Positions 1 through 10,641 are shown, counted from the stretch's first letter. The stretch is 42,028 nt of DNA from Minisyncoccota bacterium (GCA_003487265.1 DNEP01000003.1:2244-44271); one strand, 5' to 3'. Notes: generated by a model not told the origin, from the sequence alone. Made by a program: numbers and translations.

Positions 1-2
1 TC

Positions 3-329
3 GTGGCGGGTATTTTGTGGAAACGGTTGGATGCTGATTGGCCATTGCAACTCGATGCGACGCTTCAATACGCCCGAGGAAAGACGGCGGGTGGATGGTG
101 GGAGCCTCCGTTTGCAAAGGATAAAGAGATTACATCACCGTATAACACATATTTGTATGCGGGAATGCCCGAGGGGCCGATTTGTAACCCCAGCTTGGAA
201 GCGATTCAGGCGGCGCTGACACCGAAAGAATCCGAGTATTGGTATTACCTCACCGATAACGACGGAGTGATGCGGTACGCGGTTACACTCGCCGAACATC
301 AAAAAAATGTTGAGACGTATTTACGATAA
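3..329 (+). CDS. mltG: Endolytic transglycosylase MltG (YceG family), 3' part only (gene begins before the window)
   Basis: C-terminal YceG motifs: LQLDATLQY, SPYNTY..G.PEGPICNPS..AI.AAL.P, YWYYL, YA.T.AEH. Confidence 0.9.
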   Translation: MAGILWKRLDADWPLQLDATLQYARGKTAGGWWEPPFAKDKEITSPYNTYLYAGMPEGPICNPSLEAIQAALTPKESEYWYYLTDNDGVMRYAVTLAEHQKNVETYLR

Positions 330-364
330 GAATAAGCGGATATGAAAGAACGAGAGAAATGGTA

Positions 365-393
365 TTGTGCGTGTCGTGTGAATGCGATACAGT
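365..393 (+). promoter_or_regulatory. Possible sigma70 promoter for ORF 424-1239
   Basis: TTGTGC-17 nt-TACAGT; a moderate match to consensus. Confidence 0.35.
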
Positions 394-423
394 AGAAATA
401 AGATATAAGGTACGAAGGAACAT

Positions 424-1239
424 ATGTCATTGTTTTTAGAATCGACTCTTACACCAGACAAATCTCCACAATCAAATGTGGAATCGAGATTGCGAAAAAA
501 TTTGAAAAGGATACTGAGAGCTCTTGAGATTATGTCCATATTTTTCAATCTGGGTTCTACAAATAGTCTTACGATTGAAGACAGAAAAAGGATTCAACAG
601 GAAATCGACGAAGCATCTCCACTTATTTCAGAAATAAGTGCGGACTTTCAACAACTAAAACAGAAAATGAACGCAACAGCTCCACAACCGCCAACCGAAT
701 TAGACAATGAATTGGAAAAACTTTTAAACGAGTTGAATTCAAGAAACCCCGCTTCACAGCCTCAGATTCCTGTAGAAACTCCCAAACCTCCTTCCCCTTC
801 ACAATACGATGCTCAAGCTTGGCAAGATGAACTACAAGATTGGTTGAGACCAGCGCCACAGCCGATACAGACTCCTAGGCCTTCGGAAACTTCTTCACCG
901 GTGAATGGTGTTGATTTACTTGAGAATCAACAGCGGAAAATGGAAAACATTTCGGATGAATATCAACGATTTGTGAAAGATTTGAGGCAAAAAAACGAAG
1001 AAGCGAGGGGTGCGCAGGGTCGCTCTCAGGATACTAATATATTCAAAGCAGATATGCAAAAGACCAATCAAGGATTTCCAAAAGTGGATCCAAATGTTCC
1101 TGTGGTGGAAGGACCGCCTCCCCCTCCCCCTTCTTCTATAAGATTCTTTGAAGAAGAAAAGAAATCGGGTCAGTACGCAAAAGAAGAATATCCTCTTTTG
1201 CAGGCAACTCCTTCAAATTTCTTCATGCAGAATGTGTAA
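424..1239 (+). CDS. Hypothetical Pro/Gln/Glu-rich protein, possibly N-terminally anchored or exported
   Basis: 271-aa ORF with an SD-like GAAGGA. A basic stretch (RLRKNLKR) is followed by a short hydrophobic segment, then low-complexity P/Q/E segments. No family recognised. Confidence 0.7.
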   Translation: MSLFLESTLTPDKSPQSNVESRLRKNLKRILRALEIMSIFFNLGSTNSLTIEDRKRIQQEIDEASPLISEISADFQQLKQKMNATAPQPPTELDNELEKLLNELNSRNPASQPQIPVETPKPPSPSQYDAQAWQDELQDWLRPAPQPIQTPRPSETSSPVNGVDLLENQQRKMENISDEYQRFVKDLRQKNEEARGAQGRSQDTNIFKADMQKTNQGFPKVDPNVPVVEGPPPPPPSSIRFFEEEKKSGQYAKEEYPLLQATPSNFFMQNV

Positions 1240-1346
1240 GTTTGGACAGTTATTCCCTTTTTAGGCATGACAGTGTTCGTGTACTCTGGTTGATTTTTTG
1301 CAGTTTGTGCTACAATACCCTCATAACTTCTTTGAAAGGATGTTGT

Positions 1347-1604
1347 ATGGCAGAGCAACCACGACAATCGACAGAACATTCAGTAAAGATAATTGCATTG
1401 TTAAGTGCAGTTGGTTTCGCAGCAATATATATTCTTCGTAATGTTATTGGCCCCGTTGAAACGCAATCTGAACAACAACGTCTTCATGAATTGAACGAAG
1501 ATCGCGATCCGCATGCTACACTCACGGTGCCCGCTCACCCCCCAACTCCAGAATCTGCAGAGATCGAAGAAACTCCATACGCGCAACCAGCTCCAAAACC
1601 ATAA
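1347..1604 (+). CDS. Small single-TM hypothetical protein (85 aa)
   Basis: ATG at 1347 follows GAAAGGA and an extended -10 TGCTACAAT (1308-1316). Hydrophobic helix IIALLSAVGFAAIYIL, then an acidic/Pro-rich tail. Confidence 0.7.
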   Translation: MAEQPRQSTEHSVKIIALLSAVGFAAIYILRNVIGPVETQSEQQRLHELNEDRDPHATLTVPAHPPTPESAEIEETPYAQPAPKP

Positions 1605-1647
1605 ATCCCGTAACCTGTAACATAAAAACTTTTCACGCTTTGCCCTC

Positions 1648-1676
1648 TTGACCAACAAGGACTCTCCTGTTACCAT
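1648..1676 (+). promoter_or_regulatory. sigma70 promoter of rpoBC
   Basis: TTGACC-17 nt-TACCAT with a TG extension (TGtTACCAT). Confidence 0.7.
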
Positions 1677-1869
1677 ACGCTTTCACACGAAATTGGGGAA
1701 GACACATAGGTGGTGCGCTTATGTGCTTTCTGTTGTATAAATGCAAAGAAAGTATCTCTTGATTATCACATCAGAAAATTAACGTTTTAATTTCTTTGAT
1801 CGGGATCGTTCCCGAGATTTGTGTGTGCAAAAAGTCAATACATAACAACAAGATCATGAAAGGGTGCTC

Positions 1870-4800
1870 ATGAGAAAACAAACTGCGCAAGAACGATTGT
1901 ATTGGGGCAAGACGGAAACAAAACTTCCCGAGCTTGATCTCACAAAAGTACAACGCGAGTCGTATGCGTGGTTTTTGCAAGAAGGCATTCCCACCGTTTT
2001 CGAGGAAATGAATCCTATCCGTGACTTCACAGGAAAAAACTGGGAACTTTCATTCGGAAAACACGAATTTGGAAAATCAAAATACGCTCCTTCCGAGTCC
2101 CGCGAAAAATCTTTGAACTATGAGATGCCACTTCGGGTGATGGCCACGCTTAAAAATCTTCAGACAGGTGAAACGACAAAACAAGAAGTCTTTCTTGGCG
2201 ACATTCCCAAGATGACCGCAACAGGAACCTTTATCATCAACGGTGTTGAGCGTGCGGTGGTTAATCAGCTCGTGCGTTCTCCAGGTATCTTTTTCTCTGG
2301 TGAGGAAGATCCATCATCGGGACGTTTGCTGTATAAAGCAGAACTTCGCCCACTTCGCGGATCGTGGATTGAGTTTACCATTGGTCGAAACAACACCATT
2401 TCGGTGAAGATCGATCGCCATAGAAAAATTCCCGCGACAACCTTGCTCCGTGCCATAGGGTATGAAACAGACGATGAAATCAAGGCATTATTCGCATCTG
2501 TTGATACCAACACAGAAACATCGTTTATCACAACAACAATCTCAAAAGATCCTGCTCAGAATAAAGCCGAAGCGCTTATCGAAATTTATGAGCGTATGCG
2601 CCCCGGTGAACCGGCGGTGCTTGAAAATGCGCAAGAGTTGCTTGACACGATGTTTTTCGATGCGCGTCGATATGATTTGGGTCGCGTTGGTCGATATAAA
2701 TTGAATCGCCGACTCGGCCTTTCCGTTCCAAACGAAAAGAAATATCAAGTGATGATGCGCGAAGATATCGTTGGTGCGCTCGCATATCTTATTAATTTGC
2801 AAAATGGTAAAGGGAAAACAGACGACATTGACCACCTTTCTAACCGACGTGTGCGTTGTGTTGGTGAGTTGGTGATGATGAACGCGTTCCGCATTGGAAT
2901 GTTGCGTTTAGAGCGATCTATTCGCGAAAAAATGTCTCTCACAAAAACAGACGAAACCCTGACCCCTGGGTCTTTGGTCAATGCACGACCATTAATCGCG
3001 ACGATTTCTGAGTTCTTCCGACGCAATCGTTTGTCCACAATTTTGGACCAAACAAACCCCCTTTCCGAAGTTGACAACTTGCGCAGACTTTCCGTGATGG
3101 GAAGTGGCGGCGTTACTCGTGAGCGTGCGAGCTTTTCGATGCGCGACATCAACGCATCACAATATTCACGTATTGACCCCGTTCGATCTCCTGAAGGTCC
3201 GAACATTGGTCTTGTTACCTACTTGGCATTATATACTCGGGTGAACGACTTTGGATTTTTGGAAGCGCCATATCGTAAAGTTGAAAAAATCGAGAAAAAT
3301 GGCAAGATTCGCATGCGTGTCTCCGATACAATCGAGTACATCGCGGCGGATGATGAAGAAGATTGCTATATTACGCACGCCGAAATCGAAATCGATAAAG
3401 ATGGATACATCAAAGAAGAATGGATTCCTCTTCGATATCGCAATGAATTTATTGAAGGTCCAGTTGAGTTGGTGAAGTACATCGACGTTATTCCGCGCCA
3501 AGTGGTCGGTACTTCCGCTTCCTTGATTCCGTTCATTTCTCACGATGAAGCGAACCGTGCACTCATGGGAACGCACATGCAATGTCAAGCGGTTCCGTTG
3601 TTGCACACAGAGGCGCCAATTGTTGGAACAGGGATGGAACGAGATGTTGCACGCGCAATGAACAACGTGATCTATGCACGACATAACGGAACAGTCGAGT
3701 ACGTTGATGGATCAAAAGTGGTGATCAAGCTTGACGAAAAAGATATTGATCAAGCCAAAAAACAACTCGAAGATGAAAATATCGAGTTTGTGCGTATTGA
3801 ACATGGAAAAGAAATGTATTCGATTAAAAAGTTTTTCCGATCTGCGCAGTCCACGAGCTACACACAACGACCAGCAGTAAAACAAGGTCAAAAAGTGAAA
3901 AAAGGCGATTTGGTTATTGATGGACCTGCAAGTGATGGTGGCGAACTTTCATTGGGTCGCAACTTGATGATCGCGTACATGTCATTTGATGGTTTGGGAT
4001 ACGAAGACGCGATTGTGGTTTCGGATCGTTTGGTGCGAGAAGATCTTTTAACCTCGATTCATATCAACGAATATGAAGCCTTGGTTATGGACACAAAATT
4101 AGGTCCTGAAGAAATCACAAGTGATATTCCAAATGTGAGTGAGACAGATCTTCGCAACTTGACCGAAGAAGGAATTGTTGCGATTGGTGCCGAGGTTTCG
4201 CAAAACGATATCTTGGTTGGAAAAATCGCACCAAAAGGTGATACCGAGCTTACTCCAGAAGAACGGTTGCTCCGCGCCATTTTCGGTGAAAAGGCACGCG
4301 ATGTTCGCGATACCTCTTTGCGCATGCCCCACGGTGAGCAGGGAACGGTTATTGGAGTAAACATCCTTAATCGCGACAAAGGTGATGAGCTTGATCCAGG
4401 TGTGAACATGAAGGTTACCGTGCTTGTTGCTCAAATTCGTAAGATTACGGTTGGAGACAAGGTCGCGGGACGTCATGGAAACAAGGGTGTTATTTCGAAA
4501 GTGGTTCCAGTTGAGGATATGCCTCACTTAGCAGATGGAACTGCGGTTGACATTATCATCTCCCCTCTTTCTGTTCTTGCTCGTATGAACCTTGGACAAT
4601 TGCTTGAAGCACATCTTGGATGGGCTGCACAAAAAGCGGGATATAAAGTCGCGGTTCCCGTTTTTGAAGAAATTCCAGAAAATACCATTTGGGACGAACT
4701 CAAAAAAGCTGGTCTTCCAATTACAGGAAAAACAACACTCTACGATGGTCGAACAGGTGAAGCGTACTTAGAGCCAACCGTGGTTGGAATTGGGTACATT

Positions 4801-5430
4801 CTTAAACTCATCCACATGGTTGAGGACAAGACACATGCTCGCTCGACAGGTCCATACTCGCTCGTGACGCAACAGCCTCTTGGAGGAAAAGCGCAAATGG
4901 GTGGACAACGATTGGGAGAAATGGAAGTTTGGGCGCTCGAAGCGCATCGTGCGGCACACACACTCCAAGAAATGTTGACCATTAAATCCGATGATGTGAT
5001 TGGTCGCGCAAAAGCATTCGAAGCGATTGTGAAGGGTACTGAGATTCCTGCTCCAACCGTTCCCGAATCCTTCAAGGTGTTAATGCGTGAACTCAACTCG
5101 CTCGGACTTGACGTGATTATGAAGGAAGCAGTGGTTGAGGACGTGAAAGATGAAGAAGAAATGAAGCAACCGTCCGATTTGGTTCCTGGTGATTTGATTG
5201 CAGATGACTCAGCTGGAATGTCGATTACGCAGGCCGATGACACAGCCACCGACGATGCTGTTGCAGATGACGCTGTTTCTGATGACACAACTGACGATGT
5301 GGCTGATGATACACAGGTTGCCGATGATGCAGTTCCTAGCGAGGAAGAACTTCCTTCGGATGAGGATATTGCTCTTGAAGAAGGACTTGGAGAAGAATCA
5401 CTGGATACGGAAGAAGGAGGTCGATCATGA
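1870..5430 (+). CDS. rpoB: DNA-directed RNA polymerase subunit beta
   Basis: [79 protein letters not shown] 1870 is preferred over GTG 1864 on SD (GAAAGGG) spacing. Confidence 0.99.
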   Translation: MRKQTAQERLYWGKTETKLPELDLTKVQRESYAWFLQEGIPTVFEEMNPIRDFTGKNWELSFGKHEFGKSKYAPSESREKSLNYEMPLRVMATLKNLQTGETTKQEVFLGDIPKMTATGTFIINGVERAVVNQLVRSPGIFFSGEEDPSSGRLLYKAELRPLRGSWIEFTIGRNNTISVKIDRHRKIPATTLLRAIGYETDDEIKALFASVDTNTETSFITTTISKDPAQNKAEALIEIYERMRPGEPAVLENAQELLDTMFFDARRYDLGRVGRYKLNRRLGLSVPNEKKYQVMMREDIVGALAYLINLQNGKGKTDDIDHLSNRRVRCVGELVMMNAFRIGMLRLERSIREKMSLTKTDETLTPGSLVNARPLIATISEFFRRNRLSTILDQTNPLSEVDNLRRLSVMGSGGVTRERASFSMRDINASQYSRIDPVRSPEGPNIGLVTYLALYTRVNDFGFLEAPYRKVEKIEKNGKIRMRVSDTIEYIAADDEEDCYITHAEIEIDKDGYIKEEWIPLRYRNEFIEGPVELVKYIDVIPRQVVGTSASLIPFISHDEANRALMGTHMQCQAVPLLHTEAPIVGTGMERDVARAMNNVIYARHNGTVEYVDGSKVVIKLDEKDIDQAKKQLEDENIEFVRIEHGKEMYSIKKFFRSAQSTSYTQRPAVKQGQKVKKGDLVIDGPASDGGELSLGRNLMIAYMSFDGLGYEDAIVVSDRLVREDLLTSIHINEYEALVMDTKLGPEEITSDIPNVSETDLRNLTEEGIVAIGAEVSQNDILVGKIAPKGDTELTPEERLLRAIFGEKARDVRDTSLRMPHGEQGTVIGVNILNRDKGDELDPGVNMKVTVLVAQIRKITVGDKVAGRHGNKGVISKVVPVEDMPHLADGTAVDIIISPLSVLARMNLGQLLEAHLGWAAQKAGYKVAVPVFEEIPENTIWDELKKAGLPITGKTTLYDGRTGEAYLEPTVVGIGYILKLIHMVEDKTHARSTGPYSLVTQQPLGGKAQMGGQRLGEMEVWALEAHRAAHTLQEMLTIKSDDVIGRAKAFEAIVKGTEIPAPTVPESFKVLMRELNSLGLDVIMKEAVVEDVKDEEEMKQPSDLVPGDLIADDSAGMSITQADDTATDDAVADDAVSDDTTDDVADDTQVADDAVPSEEELPSDEDIALEEGLGEESLDTEEGGRS

Positions 5431-8400
5431 AAGCGGTTGTCGATTTTGAAGCACTAAAAATTCAATTAGCTTCTTCGGAAACGATTAAGTCATGGTCATA
5501 CGGTGAAATTCAAAAACCGGAAACCATCAACTATCGTACCTTGAAGCCAGAAAAAGGTGGGTTGTTCGCAGAAGAAATTTTTGGTCCAACAAAGGACTGG
5601 GAATGTTACTGTGGAAAATACAAGCGCATTCGATACAAGGGAATCATCTGTGATAAATGTGGAGTCGAGGTTACGCAGAGTCGCGTTCGTCGCGAGCGCA
5701 TGGGTCACTTGACCTTGTGCGCCCCCGTCGCTCACATTTGGTATTTCAAGGGAACTCCTTCGAGAATGTCCTTACTTTTGGATATTTCTCCTCGAAACTT
5801 GAGCGCGATTATTTATTACAACCAATACATTGTGTTGGAAGTTGATAAAGACGAACAAGTTGCGATTCTTGAGCGACTTGATCAAGCGGCACTTCAGGCC
5901 TCCGAAGCGTTGAAGGTCAAAGTGGCGCAGCAAATGGAAGATGAAAAAGAACACCTGAAAGACTCGCTCAAAAAGTTGAAAGAAGAAGGAAAAGGAAAAG
6001 AAACACAGGAAATTCGAAAAGAGGAAACATCCTTAAAGTCGAAACAAGCCGTGGCGCGTCTTAAAGAGGAGCTCGAAGCCGAGATCCAAAACACCACCGA
6101 AATTTACAAAACGGTGAAAGAGATGGTGAAGCGACTTCGACAGTACACACTCTTAACAGAAGATGAGTACTTGAAGCTCGCTGAGTACGATGCCGTTTCG
6201 CACATCCGCGTTGGAATGGGTGCGGAGTCTGTGCTCGAAATGATCCAATCTCAAGATCTTGGAAAACTTTCCGAAGAATTGAAGAAAGAAGTGCACACCG
6301 CAGTTGGTCAACGCAAAGTGAAGGCAACGCGCCGACTTCGCGTGGTTGAAGGATTTCGAAAATCGAAAATAAATCCTGAATGGATGATGTTCTCGATTCT
6401 TCCCGTGATTCCTCCCGACCTTCGCCCGATGGTGCAGCTTTCTGGTGGTCGATTTGCGACTTCCGATCTAAACGATCTGTACCGTCGCGTGATTAACCGC
6501 AACAATCGCTTGAAACATTTAATCGATCTCGGTGCGCCAGAAATTATTTTGCGCAATGAGAAGCGAATGTTGCAGGAAGCGGTTGATGCGCTTATTGATA
6601 GTGCAAACGCTCGAGCGACTCAACGACGCACCAATCGTAAACCACTCCGCTCTCTTTCTGAGATGCTTCGTGGAAAACAGGGTCGTTTCCGCCAAAACTT
6701 GCTTGGAAAACGTGTGGACTACTCGGGACGATCGGTGATTGTGGTTGGTCCTGAACTGAACTTGAATCAATGCGGACTTCCAAAAGAAATGGCGCTCGAA
6801 ATCTTTAAGCCATTTGTGCTTCATGAATTGATTGAGCGTGGCATTGCACCAAACGTGAAGAGTGCAAAACTCGCGCTTGAGCGTCGCAACCCCGAGGTCT
6901 TTGATATTCTTGAAGAGATTATCAAAAACCACCCCGTGTTGTTGAACCGTGCTCCAACTTTGCATAAGCTTGGTATTCAGGCATTTTATCCTCAACTCAT
7001 TGAAGGAAATGCGATTCGCATTCACCCTTGTGTGTGTTCTGGATACAACGCGGACTTTGACGGTGACCAAATGGCCGTGCACGTTCCTCTCACGGAACAA
7101 GCACAACAAGAAGCCCGCGATTTGATGATGCCATCAATGAACTTGTTGAAGCCTTCTGATGGATCTCCAATCACCTTGCCAAACAAAGATATGGCTTTGG
7201 GATGTTACTACCTCACCACGATCGATGAAAAAGTTGCACCATCTAGCACAATTTTCTCATCCCCCGATGAGGCGGAACACGCATATCAAGAACGCAAGAT
7301 CACGCTTCGTCAGTCAATGAAACTTCGCATGAAAATGCCAAATACGAAGAAGACAGAGATTATTGAAACGACCGTGGGACGATTGCGATTCAACGCGGTT
7401 CTTCCCGAAGCGTTGCAGTACATGAACACGCCAGTAAACGCAGGTGCGCTCAAATCCATCGTCAAAAAAGCGATTACGATGTTCGACAGCGAACAGATTC
7501 GTGAATTGATCGACGATATCAAGCGCTTAGGATTCACCTCCGCCACAATGTCAGGTCTTTCGGTTTCCGTTGCGGACTGTGTGATGATTGAAGAAAAAGA
7601 TACCTTGATTGTTGCCGCAAACAAACGCGTTGAGGAAGTTCAAGAAAATTATCTTCAAGGACTGATCACACAAGAAGAGCGTCGTCGTTTGAGCTTCCAG
7701 ATTTGGATGGAAACAACGAACACGATCGCAGAAAAAACATGGAACAACTTTAGTGAAGACAACGCCGTGAAAGTGATGATTAATTCTGGAGGAACGCGCG
7801 CGAGCAAGGATCAAGTGAAGCAACTTGCCGCGATGCGTGGACTTGTGGTTGATCCGCTTGGAAAAATCGTTGAACTTCCAACAAAGTCGAACTTCCGTGA
7901 GGGCCTTTCCATCTTCGAGTACGTGACATCTTCACGTGGATCTCGAAAAGGATTAACGGACTCCGCGCTCAAAACAGCCGACGCAGGATATCTTACACGT
8001 CGTTTGGTCGATGTTGCACATGATGTGATTGTTCGATTGGAAGATTGTGGTGCAGAAGAAGGAATCGAGATCACTCGAGAATCTTCACACACCTCACCAT
8101 TTGAATCTCGCATTCTTGGTCGCGTTGTGTTCAAAGATGTGAAGCATCCAAAGAAAGATACGGTTCTTGTTCCCGCAGGAGAGATGATCGACGAAGATTT
8201 GCTCGAACTTGTGAAAGATGCGGGAGTCGATACTGTTTGGGTTCGATCCCCTCTCACTTGTGAGGCGCCGTACGGTATCTGTCAAAAATGTTATGGAATG
8301 GATTTTTCGAAGAAGAAAAGCGTTGAGATCGGTGTACCGGTTGGGGTTATGGCTGCACAATCCATTGGTGAGCCAGGAACGCAACTTACCATGCGTGTGA

Positions 8401-9134
8401 AGCACTCTGGAGGTATCGTTGGACTTGATGTTACCCAAGGTCTTCCTCGCGTTGAGGAGTTGTTCGAAGCGCGTATTCCCAAGGCTGTCTCGCCAATCGC
8501 GAACATTTCTGGAAAAGTGAGTGTGAAAGAAACCGAAACAGGCTCAACAGTGACGATTACCGCTCAAAGTACGCCCGCCGAGGAACGCGAGTACTTCATC
8601 TCAAAGACGAACAAATTGAATGTTGCTGATGGTGATCTCATTCACGCAGGAACGCAGCTTTCCAGTGGATCGCTTGATGTGAAAGAAATCTTGCAGATTC
8701 GAGGAATGCGTCCCGCACAGATGTACCTGCTTGAAGAAATTCAAAAAGTGTACACCTCGCAAGGTATTCCGATTAACGATGTTCATTTTGAAGTGATCAT
8801 CCGCAAGATGAGCGACAAAGTTCGCATCGAAACGTCAGGCGACACTTCGTTCTTGCCAGGTGAAGTGATTCACAAAACGAAGTTTGTTGAAGAAAACACT
8901 CGAGCGATGGCTGAAGGTGGAGAGCCCGCAACTGCGCAAGTGATGATTCTTGGAATCACGCGCGCGTCGTTGTTCATTGATTCTTGGCTTTCCGCAGCGT
9001 CGTTTATGGAAACCACTCGCGTGTTATCCGAGGCGGCCGCTGAAGGTAGAGAAGACTATTTGCTCGGATTGAAGGAGAATGTTATAATCGGCCGACTCAT
9101 TCCAACAAGTGCGGATCGCGCAATGATGGAATAA
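5427..9134 (+). CDS. rpoC: DNA-directed RNA polymerase subunit beta'
   Basis: Zn finger CYC...CDKC, catalytic [48 protein letters not shown] overlap with rpoB. Confidence 0.99.
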   Translation: MKAVVDFEALKIQLASSETIKSWSYGEIQKPETINYRTLKPEKGGLFAEEIFGPTKDWECYCGKYKRIRYKGIICDKCGVEVTQSRVRRERMGHLTLCAPVAHIWYFKGTPSRMSLLLDISPRNLSAIIYYNQYIVLEVDKDEQVAILERLDQAALQASEALKVKVAQQMEDEKEHLKDSLKKLKEEGKGKETQEIRKEETSLKSKQAVARLKEELEAEIQNTTEIYKTVKEMVKRLRQYTLLTEDEYLKLAEYDAVSHIRVGMGAESVLEMIQSQDLGKLSEELKKEVHTAVGQRKVKATRRLRVVEGFRKSKINPEWMMFSILPVIPPDLRPMVQLSGGRFATSDLNDLYRRVINRNNRLKHLIDLGAPEIILRNEKRMLQEAVDALIDSANARATQRRTNRKPLRSLSEMLRGKQGRFRQNLLGKRVDYSGRSVIVVGPELNLNQCGLPKEMALEIFKPFVLHELIERGIAPNVKSAKLALERRNPEVFDILEEIIKNHPVLLNRAPTLHKLGIQAFYPQLIEGNAIRIHPCVCSGYNADFDGDQMAVHVPLTEQAQQEARDLMMPSMNLLKPSDGSPITLPNKDMALGCYYLTTIDEKVAPSSTIFSSPDEAEHAYQERKITLRQSMKLRMKMPNTKKTEIIETTVGRLRFNAVLPEALQYMNTPVNAGALKSIVKKAITMFDSEQIRELIDDIKRLGFTSATMSGLSVSVADCVMIEEKDTLIVAANKRVEEVQENYLQGLITQEERRRLSFQIWMETTNTIAEKTWNNFSEDNAVKVMINSGGTRASKDQVKQLAAMRGLVVDPLGKIVELPTKSNFREGLSIFEYVTSSRGSRKGLTDSALKTADAGYLTRRLVDVAHDVIVRLEDCGAEEGIEITRESSHTSPFESRILGRVVFKDVKHPKKDTVLVPAGEMIDEDLLELVKDAGVDTVWVRSPLTCEAPYGICQKCYGMDFSKKKSVEIGVPVGVMAAQSIGEPGTQLTMRVKHSGGIVGLDVTQGLPRVEELFEARIPKAVSPIANISGKVSVKETETGSTVTITAQSTPAEEREYFISKTNKLNVADGDLIHAGTQLSSGSLDVKEILQIRGMRPAQMYLLEEIQKVYTSQGIPINDVHFEVIIRKMSDKVRIETSGDTSFLPGEVIHKTKFVEENTRAMAEGGEPATAQVMILGITRASLFIDSWLSAASFMETTRVLSEAAAEGREDYLLGLKENVIIGRLIPTSADRAMME

Positions 9135-9201
9135 CCTAAAAAGTACATAAAAACGTTCGCGTGAAGGTAGCCTCCGTGAATTCGGAGAGTAATGCGAAAA
9201 C

Positions 9202-9232
9202 CAAAGGCGGTTTTCGAACCGCCTTTGTTGTG
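9202..9232 (+). terminator. Strong hairpin after rpoC; possible intrinsic terminator or attenuator
   Basis: CAAAGGCGGTT-TTCG-AACCGCCTTTG (11 bp), followed by an imperfect U tract (TTGTG). Confidence 0.55.
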
Positions 9233-9281
9233 AAAAGACACAAACGACACATGAGTATGTAATGAGAATGAAAGGAAAAAG

Positions 9282-9704
9282 ATGCCAACGATTAATCAAC
9301 TGATTCGAACCGGTCGCAAAACAAAAAATGCGAAGGTGAAAGCGACTGCGTTGCGAAAAATGTACAACACAAAAACACGCAAAACATCAAGTGTGTTCAA
9401 TCCTCAAAAAAGAGGTGTGTGTACCGTTGTAAAGATCATGACGCCAAAAAAACCAAACTCCGCGCAACGAAAAGTTGCTCGTGTTCGATTATCAAATCGA
9501 CAAGAAGTCACGGCGTACATTCAGGGTGAAGGCCACAACCTCGCCGAACACTCGATTGTGTTAGTTCGCGGTGGTCGTGTAAAAGATTTGCCAGGTGTGA
9601 AATATCATATCGTTCGTGGAAAGTACGACTGCGCGGGTGTTGAAAAGAGAAAAACAAGCCGCTCGAAGTATGGAACAAAGAGACCAAAGGCAGTTACCGC
9701 GTAA
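9282..9704 (+). CDS. rpsL: 30S ribosomal protein uS12
   Basis: [34 protein letters not shown]. Confidence 0.99.
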   Translation: MPTINQLIRTGRKTKNAKVKATALRKMYNTKTRKTSSVFNPQKRGVCTVVKIMTPKKPNSAQRKVARVRLSNRQEVTAYIQGEGHNLAEHSIVLVRGGRVKDLPGVKYHIVRGKYDCAGVEKRKTSRSKYGTKRPKAVTA

Positions 9705-9747
9705 TGACGTATTGAAATCACATAATCAATAGAGAGTAAGGAGAAAC

Positions 9748-10236
9748 ATGGCAAGATCATCATCAGCAACATCAAGACCTCGACGTATTGTTACGCCAGA
9801 TCAAAAGTATCACTCAACAAAAGTGACAAAGTTGATTAATCGCGCAATGATCGATGGAAAAAAATCCATCGCTACCGCGCAAGTCTATCTCGCGTTCGAG
9901 GTGTTGGAAAAACAACTCAAACGACCTGCACTTGACGTGCTTGACGAAGTTGTGCGCAACATTACCCCCGCGATGGAAGTCCGTTCTCGTCGAGTAGGTG
10001 GTGCGTCGTATCAGGTTCCTATGCCTGTTCGACCAGCACGACAATACTCGCTTGCCACGCGCTGGTTGGTCGAGGAAGCGCGTAAACGATCTAACTCAAC
10101 CTATCACACCTTTGGTGAGAAGCTCGCGGCAGAAATGCTCGATGCGCTGAAGAACGAAGGTGGCGCGATCTCAAAGAAAATCACCATGCATAAATCAGCA
10201 GATGCCAACAAAGCATTTGCACACTTTAGATGGTAG
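9748..10236 (+). CDS. rpsG: 30S ribosomal protein uS7
   Basis: MIDGKKS, EVRSRRVGGASYQVP, ANKAFAHFRW. Confidence 0.99.
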   Translation: MARSSSATSRPRRIVTPDQKYHSTKVTKLINRAMIDGKKSIATAQVYLAFEVLEKQLKRPALDVLDEVVRNITPAMEVRSRRVGGASYQVPMPVRPARQYSLATRWLVEEARKRSNSTYHTFGEKLAAEMLDALKNEGGAISKKITMHKSADANKAFAHFRW

Positions 10237-10244
10237 GAGGAAGT

Positions 10245-10616
10245 ATGGAAAAACTTAAAAAAAACGATGTCACAACTGCGCCTATAGAAGCATTTAAAGA
10301 AACCGGCGATACAAGTGATCCAATTCTTTTATTGTCAGACGCAGAGGTTGTTCGTTTATTAGAAACTTTAGAACAGAAAGCTCCAAAAGGATATCAGTTC
10401 AACTATGGAACAGACGAAAGTCCAATGTATTTAACGATTTCTGAATTAAAAAACGCAATGATTTTATCATGGAGTGGTAGATTTGATGGTGAGGCAACTG
10501 AAGCAACTGCTGTATTTTTGGTGCGACTTATGCAATCTGAAATTGCCAGGCTCTCCGCTCAAATAGAAATTGCAAATGGAGACGGCTCAATACCCGTCGA
10601 TACTCAAGATAAATAG
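10245..10616 (+). CDS. Hypothetical acidic protein (123 aa) inserted between rpsG and fusA
   Basis: SD AGGAGG overlaps the rpsG TAG stop; ATG at 10245; fills the intergenic space in the operon direction. No family recognised. Confidence 0.75.
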   Translation: MEKLKKNDVTTAPIEAFKETGDTSDPILLLSDAEVVRLLETLEQKAPKGYQFNYGTDESPMYLTISELKNAMILSWSGRFDGEATEATAVFLVRLMQSEIARLSAQIEIANGDGSIPVDTQDK

Positions 10617-10641
10617 TCATACGTAATAGTAAAAGGAACCT

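Noticed and set aside
1242-1346. Longer TTG start for the small TM ORF
   Set aside because: The region contains the promoter-like TGCTACAAT and the SD for ATG 1347.
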